DNA from: a virus
Lineage: Duplodnaviria > Caudoviricetes
Length of the DNA stretch: 54,345 nt
IMG/VR virus record: IMGVR_UViG_3300020401_001611
Coordinates: 1-54,345 of that record
Strand: one strand, 5' to 3'
Below are positions 28,284-38,355 of the stretch, one piece after another. Position numbers and translations under genes: made by a program. The notes beneath the pieces were generated by a model. That model had not been told where the DNA came from and ran no database searches. It worked only from the letters and a program-made list of their open reading frames with translations. Numbering within the stretch: the first letter of the stretch is position 1; the number at the start of each line of letters is the position of its first letter.

Positions 28284-29086
28284 GATGGCAAGAATTAAAA
28301 ATTGCATTACGTGAAGCAGACGAAAGAATTATTATTGCAGTTGAATTTAAAAGCGGAAAAAAGATAACAATACGTAATGTCCCTAAGGATCTTACAACTA
28401 GGCCAGATTTTGATTCTAGAGTAATGAAAGCCGCAAAAAAAGCAAAACCAAATGAAGTATATTTAGATTGGAATGTTGTTGGAGCAACAGAAGCAGACAA
28501 AATAGATCAGGTTGAAAAAGATAAAATATCTGGTAAAGATCAAAAGGATGCAGATCAAGGAGAATTTAAGCCTACTGATATAGAAAAACAAGCAATGAAA
28601 AATGTGTTAGATTTGCATAGATTAGTAATGAATACTATGGAAAAAACTGTATTGCGTGGATTAAAAATTAGAGATACAGATGATCCTAAATTTAAAGACG
28701 GATGGTATCATGAGACAAGGGCAAAGGATCCTGTTTTTCCTAATGATGTTTCTTTTAGTTTTCCTCAGACAGATCCCGACATAACAGGAAAAACAATTAC
28801 AATAGACGACATAAAAGATGCATTAATGATTGATCTTAAAATTAACACAAATAATCCAGGACGTGATGAATTTGGTTATCAAGAGCATGAAGGCTTTCCA
28901 AAATCAATGGGCGATTTTGATGATATGAAACAGATGATTATAGATGCAGTAGGTGCAAGAGACCATATTACAACTGTTGGTCCTGCACAACCAAAACAAG
29001 TTCCAAATGAACCTATGAAAATTACAATAGCGGCAAAAAGTTTTTATTACAGAAGAGCAATAGTTCCTAAAATGGATAATGATTAA
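28280..29086 (+). CDS. Hypothetical protein
   Basis: ATGA coupling with the upstream gene; MRWQEL..LRE N-terminus. Confidence 0.7.
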   Translation: MRWQELKIALREADERIIIAVEFKSGKKITIRNVPKDLTTRPDFDSRVMKAAKKAKPNEVYLDWNVVGATEADKIDQVEKDKISGKDQKDADQGEFKPTDIEKQAMKNVLDLHRLVMNTMEKTVLRGLKIRDTDDPKFKDGWYHETRAKDPVFPNDVSFSFPQTDPDITGKTITIDDIKDALMIDLKINTNNPGRDEFGYQEHEGFPKSMGDFDDMKQMIIDAVGARDHITTVGPAQPKQVPNEPMKITIAAKSFYYRRAIVPKMDND

Positions 29087-30564
29087 TGCAACATTTTTAC
29101 GACGGACAAATTAGAAGGTATATCACCCAGATTGTAAGGATGATGAGTAATTTTTCTTACAAAGATGGTAAGGGCAATCTTACCCAAGTGCCTGTCATGT
29201 ACGGTGACTTAACAAGACAAGTTGCAAATATTATTAGAGAGAACTCTGAAAATAAAATACCAAGTGCTCCTAGGATGGCTGTATACATTACTGGTCTTGC
29301 TATGGACACTGCACGATTAGCAGATAGTAGTTACGTCAACAAAGTCAATATAAGAGAACAAGCCTACGATGCAACTGGCAAAGAGTATCTTAACAAAGAA
29401 GGAAAAAACTATACAGTAGAAAGACTAATGCCTACGCCTTATACACTTACAGTAAATGTAGATGTATGGAGTAGTAATACTGATCAAAAATTACAAATAT
29501 TAGAACAAATACTAATGCTGTTCAATCCTAGCTTAGAAATACAAACTACAGACAATTATGTAGACTGGACTAGTCTAAGTGTTGTAAATCTTGAAAATTT
29601 AACATTTAGCAGTCGTAGTGTCCCAGTAGGAGTTGACAGTGAAATAGATGTTGCAACTTTAACATTCAATACGCCTATTTTTATTAGTCCTCCTGTTAAA
29701 GTAAAACGTTTAGGAGTAATTACACAAGTTATAACAAGTATCTTTAATGAAAGTAAGGGTAGTATAGATTTAGATTTATCACGTCCTGCAAACCAAGCAT
29801 ACGACGATAAACCTAAGCCAGAAAATGCTACAAGGACTAGATTAGCTATTGCAAATACAGGACAAATAAGATCAGAAATTGCTGCGGAAGGGGTAGTTAA
29901 ATTAGATGTAGATTCAATTATTAACACAAGTCATGATAATTATTCATTGCTTGTAATGAGCAATACAGCAAAGCTAGTAAAGGCTGGTGTTGTAGGCGCA
30001 GAAACTTGGACAGGATATATTAAGTCATTACCTTTTGATTTCAATGCAGGAGTAACAAATTTACATCTTAGAAGAGATGGTTTAGATAATGAAATTGTAG
30101 GCACAGTCACTATAAATCCGTTAGATGAATTTGAATTGTCAATAAATTTTGATACAGATACAATACCTGCTGATACAATAATGCATGGTCCGTCAGGTGA
30201 TAGAAACAAAATAGATTATATTATTAATCCTTACAAAACTAATCCAACAGCAATAAAAGGCAGTAATGCTAGAATATTAATATTAGATGCAATTAACACA
30301 AGTGAAAATGTTAATGAAGCAACTTACGACGGTCCTGATGCATGGAAAAATGCAGACGGCACTGAATTTGTTGCAGGAGCAAACGACATTGTCGAATGGG
30401 ACGGTTCTAAGTGGCATATAGTATTTGATGCTAGTGAAGATGATAGTACTGTGGTTTTTACTACTAATCTTAATACAGGCAAACAATACAAATATGTCAA
30501 CGATGAATGGATACTATCATATGATGGAGAATATCCAGTTGGCACCTGGTATCTAAACTTTTAA
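29086..30564 (+). CDS. Tail sheath stabiliser/terminator (gp15-like) with C-terminal extension
   Basis: HFYDGQIRRY, VPVMYG, PRMAV, PTPYTL and QILEQILMLFNPSL motifs. Confidence 0.85.
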   Translation: MQHFYDGQIRRYITQIVRMMSNFSYKDGKGNLTQVPVMYGDLTRQVANIIRENSENKIPSAPRMAVYITGLAMDTARLADSSYVNKVNIREQAYDATGKEYLNKEGKNYTVERLMPTPYTLTVNVDVWSSNTDQKLQILEQILMLFNPSLEIQTTDNYVDWTSLSVVNLENLTFSSRSVPVGVDSEIDVATLTFNTPIFISPPVKVKRLGVITQVITSIFNESKGSIDLDLSRPANQAYDDKPKPENATRTRLAIANTGQIRSEIAAEGVVKLDVDSIINTSHDNYSLLVMSNTAKLVKAGVVGAETWTGYIKSLPFDFNAGVTNLHLRRDGLDNEIVGTVTINPLDEFELSINFDTDTIPADTIMHGPSGDRNKIDYIINPYKTNPTAIKGSNARILILDAINTSENVNEATYDGPDAWKNADGTEFVAGANDIVEWDGSKWHIVFDASEDDSTVVFTTNLNTGKQYKYVNDEWILSYDGEYPVGTWYLNF

Positions 30565-30577
30565 GATAATTAATTGT

Positions 30578-31012
30578 ATGAAGAGTAAATCCATTATCTG
30601 TAGTGGTGCATTAGTATATGCACGTTCTACAAAACGTTTCTTATTATTATATAGAACACAAGGTCGTGCAAAAGACGTTTGGGGATTAGTAGGTGGAACT
30701 AATGAAGAGGCAGAAACTCCTTGGGAAGGTTTGCGTAGAGAAATATTTGAAGAGATAGGCGAGATAGATATAATCAAAACTGTGCCACTTGAAACATTTA
30801 TTTCTAACGATAGCAAATTCCAATTTCATACATATTTGTGTGTAGTTGATAAAGAATTTATACCTGCACTTAACGGAGAGCATAGCGGATATGCCTGGAT
30901 CACATTTAAGAGTTGGCCTAAACCTTTGCACAATGGATTGAAAAATACACTTAGTAATAAAGTAAATGTTACTAAATTAGAAACAGTATTTAAGGTAATG
31001 GATTTATTATGA
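30578..31012 (+). CDS. NUDIX hydrolase
   Basis: WGLVGGTNEEAETPWEGLRREIFEEIG Nudix box. Confidence 0.9.
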   Translation: MKSKSIICSGALVYARSTKRFLLLYRTQGRAKDVWGLVGGTNEEAETPWEGLRREIFEEIGEIDIIKTVPLETFISNDSKFQFHTYLCVVDKEFIPALNGEHSGYAWITFKSWPKPLHNGLKNTLSNKVNVTKLETVFKVMDLL

Positions 31013-31368
31013 GCGAAAATGTAGAAAAAAGTAATTTTGGATATGAAGCATTATGGGCTAAAACTGAAAACTATGTTTCAAAAATACTTGTATTTGATAG
31101 TGTAGGCGCAGGATTACCTATGCATTTTCATAAGCAAACAGAAAAAACATGGTTTGTAAACACAGGTAATTTTAAAATTGCTTGGATAGATACAAGTAAC
31201 GGAATGCTATATGAAAAAGAAGTTAAAGAAGGAAGTGTATTTCATGTGCCTCCTTGTATGCCAGTTGGTTTAGAAAGTATGGTAGATGGAGGTAGTATTA
31301 CTCAAACAAGTAACAGAGATCCAAAAGGTGACTTCTATCAACTAAGGCCTGTACCAAAGGAAGAATAA
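31009..31368 (+). CDS. Cupin domain protein
   Basis: MHFHKQTEKTWFV and FHVPP; paralogous to 42201-42563 but with degenerate metal ligands. Confidence 0.7.
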   Translation: MSENVEKSNFGYEALWAKTENYVSKILVFDSVGAGLPMHFHKQTEKTWFVNTGNFKIAWIDTSNGMLYEKEVKEGSVFHVPPCMPVGLESMVDGGSITQTSNRDPKGDFYQLRPVPKEE

Positions 31369-31625
31369 TGCTTAGTATTGATAATTCTCAAAGATACCAT
31401 GAAGAGATACAAGATTTTCAAAGTAGAATATCAAAAATTGCAATACAAAAAAATAAAAAACATGCCCAAGAATTATTGCAAGAGTTAAAGGATCAAGTGG
31501 CAATAATTAATGAAGGTCATGCTCCTAATAATGACGGTAATATAGACCCGCATACTTTAAGACAAAATGTGCTTGAACTAACAATGATTAGAACAAAATT
31601 AAAAAGTTTTTTACAAGGTGCTTAA
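31368..31625 (+). CDS. Hypothetical protein
   Basis: 85-aa ORF with TAATG coupling to the upstream gene. Confidence 0.65.
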   Translation: MLSIDNSQRYHEEIQDFQSRISKIAIQKNKKHAQELLQELKDQVAIINEGHAPNNDGNIDPHTLRQNVLELTMIRTKLKSFLQGA

Positions 31626-32462
31626 TCTTTTAATTGTAATAGCTCCAACCATAGCTGTATGTGATTGACATTGATATCTATAGTTTGGTGGACTTGCTAG
31701 TGTTTCCGGTACTCTCCAATATAATACTCCGCTGGATTGCCCTTGTGCATTTGTATCAGTGAGGATCGTGCCGTTTGTTGCTACATGCACTAAACCAGAT
31801 GTTATATTAGTACCAGTGCTGTCTTGTATTTGGAATGGATGTCCGCCTATGTTTGTTAAATCAAATGCTATAGTTGTTCCACTTATTACATAAATGGTAG
31901 GATTATTTCCGCTGTAATGACTGTTAAACGTGTAAGCATCCGCATTTACATTATCTACTCTTAGCGTAGCAATAGCATGTTCATAAAAACTTGCAGGTGT
32001 TAAGCCTGTTGGTACATCTCCTAGATCTGTGAAGTTAGATGCACCTCCACCTCCACCGCCGCCTGTTGCGTCTGTGCCATTTGCCCATTCTCCTGCACTA
32101 TATTTTAACACTTCACCGTCTTGAGGGTTAGAAATATTTACGTCAGATAATTCGTTTAATGATGTGGCACCTCCGCCACCACCTCCACCACCGGATCCTG
32201 TGTAAGCTATTTCTACCATTGAACCAGTTACTGAAGTTGAAATATCTGTACCACCAGATATTGTAAGTGTATCTGTAGGACTCGATGCGGCTACACTCCC
32301 TGTATCGCCTGCTATTGTACTAAAAGTATTTTGAGTACCTACTCCGCCACCGCCTCCTACAGAGCTTAATATCGCCCATGCACTGCCAGTCCATGTCCAA
32401 GTAATATTTCCTACAACATGTGTGTCGTTAACTGCTGGTGTGTTTGGAAAATCTATTGCCAT
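31611..32462 (-). CDS. Virion structural protein with C-terminal cupredoxin-like domain
   Basis: AIDFP..W.WTGSAW N-terminus, poly-Gly linkers, LNELSDV fibre repeat, HPF...YQCQSHTAMVG; AATAAATA at 32478-32485. Confidence 0.75.
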   Translation of the reverse strand: MAIDFPNTPAVNDTHVVGNITWTWTGSAWAILSSVGGGGGVGTQNTFSTIAGDTGSVAASSPTDTLTISGGTDISTSVTGSMVEIAYTGSGGGGGGGGATSLNELSDVNISNPQDGEVLKYSAGEWANGTDATGGGGGGGASNFTDLGDVPTGLTPASFYEHAIATLRVDNVNADAYTFNSHYSGNNPTIYVISGTTIAFDLTNIGGHPFQIQDSTGTNITSGLVHVATNGTILTDTNAQGQSSGVLYWRVPETLASPPNYRYQCQSHTAMVGAITIKRLSTL

Positions 32463-32483
32463 AATAACCTCTCATTGTATTTA

Positions 32484-35400
32484 TTAATGTATGTATATCC
32501 TGCAACGTGCAGTACCTCCTTGCGTATTAAGGGCTGTTGTTCGTGTAAACACGTAGCTATCAGTAATGTGTATTGCATTGTAATGATACAAGTCTACATT
32601 TACATTTGGTATATACGTAACATTTCCAGGATGAGGAACAGTGTTTACTAATGAGCCATTAGCCGCATTGTATATTCTCAATGTGTTATTATCTTGGCCG
32701 TAGACATCTTGCCATAAAACTGCTATGTATCCATCTGAATTTCCAGATATTTGACCTCCATAGAATTTAGAGCCACCGCCGCCAGAAATACCCGGACTAA
32801 ACACAGGTCTGTTGATAGTTCCTCTTAATCCTCCTGTTGATAGTTGAAAACATCTTACTCTGCCTGCATCTGTGTTTCCACTATAATCGTCTCCTCCAGA
32901 TGCCACAGCATAATAGTTGCCAGCTAGTGCAACACCTTTTCCAAATTCAAAATTAGCCCAATTAGTAGTAGATCCTGCGTAAGTTTGTCCGCCGTGATAT
33001 CTATATCCATTACCGTTAGCATTAAAAGCTAATTGAGCTGTCCCTGTATTCTGGTATGTGTTAGAGCCTGATGTATAATCTCTCTCATAACTTCCATATA
33101 ATATATATGTACCATCTGTATCAACAGTACTACCTGCTTCAAAATTTTGGTATTGCTGTAAAGTAGTACTAGCTAATGATTCCCATTGAGCTACTGGTGT
33201 TGAAAGATCTGAAGTACCATTTGAGCTTAATTGCATATACCTTACAGTGCCTGAATTGGACATGTTATTATATCCATAAACTAGATAATCTCCGCCTACT
33301 CTAAATCTTTTCTCACTTTGTGTGTTTGGATTACCTGTATCTGCTGTTCCTAATCTTGCAGTTTTATGTAGACTGTAAGTTGACCAATTGTTAGTAGATT
33401 TATAAACGAAGATTCTTGGATCATAATAACTTACTCCATTATACTTAAAATTAGAACCTGCAACAGCAAGATAATATGTGCTTCCTACTTTAGATAAACC
33501 TACACCCGATCCAAACATTATGGTTCTTTCACTGACATATGCAGAACCTGTTAGGGGATTTTCGATAACGTGTAATAACGCTTTTGTTTGTCTATTGTAA
33601 ATGTGTACTTGTCCATGAGCCGCTTCATAGCTCCCAGCACTAGTTGGCCTTGGTGAAAGATAACTTCCTACAACTACAAAATCGTCATCTCCGCCTAAGA
33701 CAGCTCCCCAACCTGCACCAGGTCTAGCACCACCTACTTGATCGTCATACGCAGGTTGCTGAATGTATCCATCAAGGCTTTGTCCTGGAACTCTTGGCGT
33801 TAAACTTGTATCATTAATAGTTGCAGTAGCAGATCTACTATTAGTAGGATTACCGTTTGAATCTGTAGGATTTAAAGTTACGGTCATAGTTTCTGTACCT
33901 TCAGTTGTCAAGTCTGCTAGGATTGTAGTTTTTGTCCCAGCATAAGGTGGTCCTTCGTATGTACTTCCTCCTATTAGATTTAATATTCCATACGTGTTAT
34001 CAAAATCTGTCGATGATCCTGAACTACTTGAAACTGTATATGCAACTGATATTGCTTTATCTGTATTGTTTGTATAATCTACTGAAATAGTTACTTGTTC
34101 GCCTTCATTGTAGTTTGACTTATCTAAACTTATGCTATTGTAAATAGTAGCAGGATAATTATCTGTTATTGTTACATTAGGACTTTGTAAATCTTCTGTA
34201 TCATTACCTATGCTGTCAGTTGACGCTAATTGTATTTTAAATATTTCTGTGCCTTCAGTGACCCAGTCGCCTGTGGCTTGCATACTTACTGTTGCTGTTC
34301 CATCACTGCCTATAGTAAAAAGCGTATCTCTGTTTATAAAATCGTCAGCAGTCACAGTGCCTTGAACATTTACAAAACTATATCCTACTGTTGTACCTTG
34401 AGGAACATCTGAAGTTGATAATGTAAATGTTACAGTTGCATCGTTCAAAGTACTAGGATATTCTTGTATTTCTGCATCATTCCTTATTATTGAGTCGTAT
34501 GTTCCACTTACTGCCGCTTCGTTAGCTGTTCTTGTGCTTGGAAATTGTCTACTTGTACCTGGATATATAATCCTTACACTGCCAACTCCACCACGTTGTC
34601 CATTACCTTGCGAAGGATTTCCAGTGTAAGATGTACCACTACCTCCTCCACCTAATGCACCACCAATACCATTTTGTCCTACTTCACCTCCAGATCCACC
34701 ATTACCATCTTGGTTGTAACTTCCACCTACACCATTAGATCCTTGGCCTTTATTTTGTATTCCTCCGCCGCCAGTCTGTCCAGGGCTTGTAGAACACGCA
34801 CCACCACCGCCCCCACCGCCGCCTGAACCGTTTTCACCAGCACTAAAATTATTGCCGCCTCTTGCATCACCACCATCACCACTATATCCTGCGGCGCCAC
34901 CACCGCCTCCGCCACGTGAATAGCTTTGTCCTGGACCGCCAGCGCCACCAGTGTATCTAGTTCCTGTACCAATAGCTCCGCCGCCATCACCGCCTACATT
35001 GCTTGCTGAACCGCCATAGCCTCCGTTGACAGAGCAAAGATCAGTTGATCCTCTTCGTACACTGCTTATTCCGCCGTCGGTACCATTTTGACCTCTTGAT
35101 CCTGCTGCACCAGCTCGTCCTGCTTTAATTGTTAATGTTTCTCCTGGAGTGACGGAAACGTTGTTAGCATATGCTAGGCCGCCGCCTCCACCGCCACCAC
35201 CGGCGTATCCGTATGAATTTGCACAACCTGCTCCACCACCTCCTCCGCCAATACATACAATACTAATACTTGTTACATCTGTAGGCACTGTCCAACTAGT
35301 ACCGAGATCACTTGTAGTAAGTCCAAACCATTCGGCTTGTCCTATTACTGGACTAAGTGAAATATCACCTATTGTTACTGTGGGAGATTCAAGTCCACCT

Positions 35401-36758
35401 GTTGCTGTTCCATTACTATCTGTAGCTGATAATACACATTTGAATGACTCTGCACCTTCTGTAATTTCGTCCTCAGCAAGTGTTACTGTAAAATCTTGTG
35501 ATTGTGTAATAGGATTACTAGCACCTGTCCATGTTACTGTGCGAGTTAAACTTGCAGGAGCAAAATCGTTTGCCGCTACTGTACCTGTAACTCCTGTGAG
35601 TATAACGTCTATGGTGGTATTTTGAGCTATGTTTCTACCTGTAATTCTAAACGTACTGGCGGCGCCTTCGTTGACACTGCTTGAACTTTGTAGCGTCAAG
35701 CTACTGTAAGTTGGTGTTGTATCTATACTACTGTCAACAATAGTTACACTTACATCATCTGCACCATTATCAAGAGATAGTGTAAATGTTTCATTACCCT
35801 CACCTAGTGATTCGTCAGCAGTAACAGTTACATTTAGACTTGCGGCATTGCTACTGACTGTAAACGTACCTGTAAGAGAGGCACCATTAATATCTGCACT
35901 TGATACTCCTGTTATTGTATAACCTACTCCAACACCATCTTGTACATCAGTTGTTGTAAGATTAACAGTAAAACTTTCACCTTCATTTACACTTGCCCTA
36001 CTTGCACTAACAGCATATGTAGGATCTAAACTAGTATCATTAATTGTTACTGTAATAGTATCTTCACCGTTATCAAGTTCAAGACTAAATGTTTCTGCAC
36101 CTTCTGTTGTTGCATCTGCTGTTACGTTAAAAGTTACATCGTCTGTTGTGCCAGTTACAAAATTACCAGTCAAACTAGCACCGCCGATATCAGCACTGGA
36201 TACTCCTGTAATTGTGTAAGGCACTGTGGTGCCGCCTGCAACATTTGCAGTTACTAACGAGATAGTAAAACTTTCACCTTCATTTGCACTGTTTGTAGTT
36301 CTGTTAAGTACATATGTTGGATCACCTGGTGTTTGGCTTGTATCAGTTATAAAAAAAATTTGGGCAAAGCTCGAACTGGAGTTTAAACCATTAGGAAAAG
36401 TAAAATCATAAGTGAACTGAATAGCACCCTGTTCGCTACTGACTTCTGTGGTTAAATCTTCAAGTATATCAAAATCAAGTGTTGCTTTATATGTTCCGTT
36501 ATCTAAAAAGATTGGTATTGTTCCTGTCAACGGAATACTTATATCTGATGCACCATTTGTTAGTCCTGTAATTGCATAATCTATTGTGTCACCTACTTCT
36601 ACAGTTCCGGTAGCAGTAATTTCAAAAGAAACTGATTGTCCTTCAGCGATACTTGCGCCGGGTGCAGGGCCACTAGTTTGAGATATAGCAGGAGCAACAA
36701 ATGTTTCTCCTGCACTTCTTCCTTTATTAATTCCTGCTAATTGTGTCAGACGTGGCAT
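32484..36758 (-). CDS. Large tail fibre/adhesin: Calx-beta/Ig-like repeats, Gly-rich domain, C-terminal propeller-like region
   Basis: Repeated (S)VNEGESF...D.TTEG.ETF.L.L...VTI.DTS units, WTVP..VCIGGGGGG Gly-rich module and FG..V.L repeats. Confidence 0.75.
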   Translation of the reverse strand: MPRLTQLAGINKGRSAGETFVAPAISQTSGPAPGASIAEGQSVSFEITATGTVEVGDTIDYAITGLTNGASDISIPLTGTIPIFLDNGTYKATLDFDILEDLTTEVSSEQGAIQFTYDFTFPNGLNSSSSFAQIFFITDTSQTPGDPTYVLNRTTNSANEGESFTISLVTANVAGGTTVPYTITGVSSADIGGASLTGNFVTGTTDDVTFNVTADATTEGAETFSLELDNGEDTITVTINDTSLDPTYAVSASRASVNEGESFTVNLTTTDVQDGVGVGYTITGVSSADINGASLTGTFTVSSNAASLNVTVTADESLGEGNETFTLSLDNGADDVSVTIVDSSIDTTPTYSSLTLQSSSSVNEGAASTFRITGRNIAQNTTIDVILTGVTGTVAANDFAPASLTRTVTWTGASNPITQSQDFTVTLAEDEITEGAESFKCVLSATDSNGTATGGLESPTVTIGDISLSPVIGQAEWFGLTTSDLGTSWTVPTDVTSISIVCIGGGGGGAGCANSYGYAGGGGGGGGLAYANNVSVTPGETLTIKAGRAGAAGSRGQNGTDGGISSVRRGSTDLCSVNGGYGGSASNVGGDGGGAIGTGTRYTGGAGGPGQSYSRGGGGGGAAGYSGDGGDARGGNNFSAGENGSGGGGGGGGACSTSPGQTGGGGIQNKGQGSNGVGGSYNQDGNGGSGGEVGQNGIGGALGGGGSGTSYTGNPSQGNGQRGGVGSVRIIYPGTSRQFPSTRTANEAAVSGTYDSIIRNDAEIQEYPSTLNDATVTFTLSTSDVPQGTTVGYSFVNVQGTVTADDFINRDTLFTIGSDGTATVSMQATGDWVTEGTEIFKIQLASTDSIGNDTEDLQSPNVTITDNYPATIYNSISLDKSNYNEGEQVTISVDYTNNTDKAISVAYTVSSSSGSSTDFDNTYGILNLIGGSTYEGPPYAGTKTTILADLTTEGTETMTVTLNPTDSNGNPTNSRSATATINDTSLTPRVPGQSLDGYIQQPAYDDQVGGARPGAGWGAVLGGDDDFVVVGSYLSPRPTSAGSYEAAHGQVHIYNRQTKALLHVIENPLTGSAYVSERTIMFGSGVGLSKVGSTYYLAVAGSNFKYNGVSYYDPRIFVYKSTNNWSTYSLHKTARLGTADTGNPNTQSEKRFRVGGDYLVYGYNNMSNSGTVRYMQLSSNGTSDLSTPVAQWESLASTTLQQYQNFEAGSTVDTDGTYILYGSYERDYTSGSNTYQNTGTAQLAFNANGNGYRYHGGQTYAGSTTNWANFEFGKGVALAGNYYAVASGGDDYSGNTDAGRVRCFQLSTGGLRGTINRPVFSPGISGGGGSKFYGGQISGNSDGYIAVLWQDVYGQDNNTLRIYNAANGSLVNTVPHPGNVTYIPNVNVDLYHYNAIHITDSYVFTRTTALNTQGGTARCRIYIH

Positions 36759-36759
36759 G

Positions 36760-38355
36760 TTAACTTCCTATTGATATATTCGAAGGACCAGTAAGTGTCC
36801 ACGGATTTTCTTGGCTGTATTTTGTGTATAAAAACTGTGTTGATTGTCCTAGTAGACTATTTTCAGTATCGTCATAATCTGTATCTGATCCTGTTGTGTC
36901 CATAACACCTTTACTATCTGCTAATATCCTTTGTTTTAGTTGTTCAGGAGAAAGGTCAGGAAATACTTGTAAGTAAAGACAACATATTCCTGCTACTTGA
37001 GGAGATGCCATTGATGTGCCACTAATACTCATTTGCTTAAAATTACTATCTCCAAAATATTCAATAGGAGAAAATTTTGCACTGTTATAATCGTTACTTG
37101 TTGCACTCATTATATCACTGCCTGGTGCCCAAATATTACATCCTGGACCTCTACTTGAAAACACACTAGGTTTATCGTTATCTGATCCGTTGACTGCACT
37201 ATCTACACTTGCTACCATAAATGCTCTAGTACTATAAGGAGAGCTTCCTTGATGATAACTAACGTTTCCGCTAAAGTTCACTGTGTTTGCGTAATCACTT
37301 CCGGAACCAGTGTCTATTTTATTATAATTATTACCTGCGGCAATGCATACATGTATTCCTGCATCAATCATATCTTCTATTTCAGCATCAACACTTGCTA
37401 CCCGAATACTTAATCGAGCCGCAACTGGTACACCACCTGATGTTATCCTCATAATAGGCACACCTGTAGCTTGCTCTAAACTTGCTCTATCACTATAATC
37501 CACACCGTATGTCCAAGCAGTTCCTCTATAAACACCATCTGTAGGATCACCAGTTCTAGTTGTGCCGTATCCCCAACTCATGTTTACCACAGTCGGCCTA
37601 TTAGCATCTGCACCTGCTTTGTTGTTGTGCCATATTCTTATAGTATCAAAAGCATTAGCTATACTGATTCCGTTGTTTGGATCACCTGTGCCTTCTAATC
37701 CTGCTAGTTTTTGACTATATACTCTTGCATTTTTTGCCCATCCAAAAGTTTTGCCTACTGCTGTACCTGCACAGTGAGTACCGTGGCCGTCATAATCTGT
37801 GTAAAAGTTATCGTCTTGTGTTTCGCCTGTAATACCACTACCAGATAACCAATCTATCTGTTGCACTCTACTTACACCATTTGCATCTTGAAACTCTGGA
37901 TGATCAGGTTGTATACCGCTATCCTGTACTACAAAATCTATTCCCGTGCCGTCTAGGGGGTATGTATAATCACCAGTAAGTATTGTATCACTTCCAAACG
38001 GATCGTTATGTACTTCTATACATCTACGCAATGCCCAATTACCGTGTGTGTTATTTGTGCTTGATCCTCTATACCAAATTCCAGTCTGCCTAGCATTAAG
38101 CCCAATTTCTATATCTGTTCTTTGATCTGCAGGTATTTCAACTGCAAGAACACGTTCATCTTTTGAAAGTTCTTCTGCTTCTTCATCAGTGAGCATCCAA
38201 TGAGTCATACGTTTTGATCCCCATCTTGGGTTAGCAACTTCTACTGATCTATTAGGAATTGGTCCTGTGCCTGTTTCAGCGGCAAGTTCGGCGTCAAATG
38301 ATTCTAAATCTATGCCTCTATGTACAACAACCACATATTCTTTTTCATTAGCCAT
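36760..38355 (-). CDS. Subtilisin-like serine protease (S8) with N-terminal propeptide
   Basis: Catalytic triad VQDSG, HGTHCAG and GTSMASP; VNMSWG and AAGN motifs. Confidence 0.92.
   Translation of the reverse strand: MANEKEYVVVVHRGIDLESFDAELAAETGTGPIPNRSVEVANPRWGSKRMTHWMLTDEEAEELSKDERVLAVEIPADQRTDIEIGLNARQTGIWYRGSSTNNTHGNWALRRCIEVHNDPFGSDTILTGDYTYPLDGTGIDFVVQDSGIQPDHPEFQDANGVSRVQQIDWLSGSGITGETQDDNFYTDYDGHGTHCAGTAVGKTFGWAKNARVYSQKLAGLEGTGDPNNGISIANAFDTIRIWHNNKAGADANRPTVVNMSWGYGTTRTGDPTDGVYRGTAWTYGVDYSDRASLEQATGVPIMRITSGGVPVAARLSIRVASVDAEIEDMIDAGIHVCIAAGNNYNKIDTGSGSDYANTVNFSGNVSYHQGSSPYSTRAFMVASVDSAVNGSDNDKPSVFSSRGPGCNIWAPGSDIMSATSNDYNSAKFSPIEYFGDSNFKQMSISGTSMASPQVAGICCLYLQVFPDLSPEQLKQRILADSKGVMDTTGSDTDYDDTENSLLGQSTQFLYTKYSQENPWTLTGPSNISIGS

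Noticed and set aside
27221-30931. Minus-strand ORFs opposite the plus-strand neck/tail block
   Set aside because: Antisense shadows of low-complexity or well-supported genes, with no recognisable motifs.
36351-36358. A8 homopolymer in the fibre gene as a phase-variation tract
   Set aside because: Short, expected by chance in AT-rich DNA, and the reading frame is intact.
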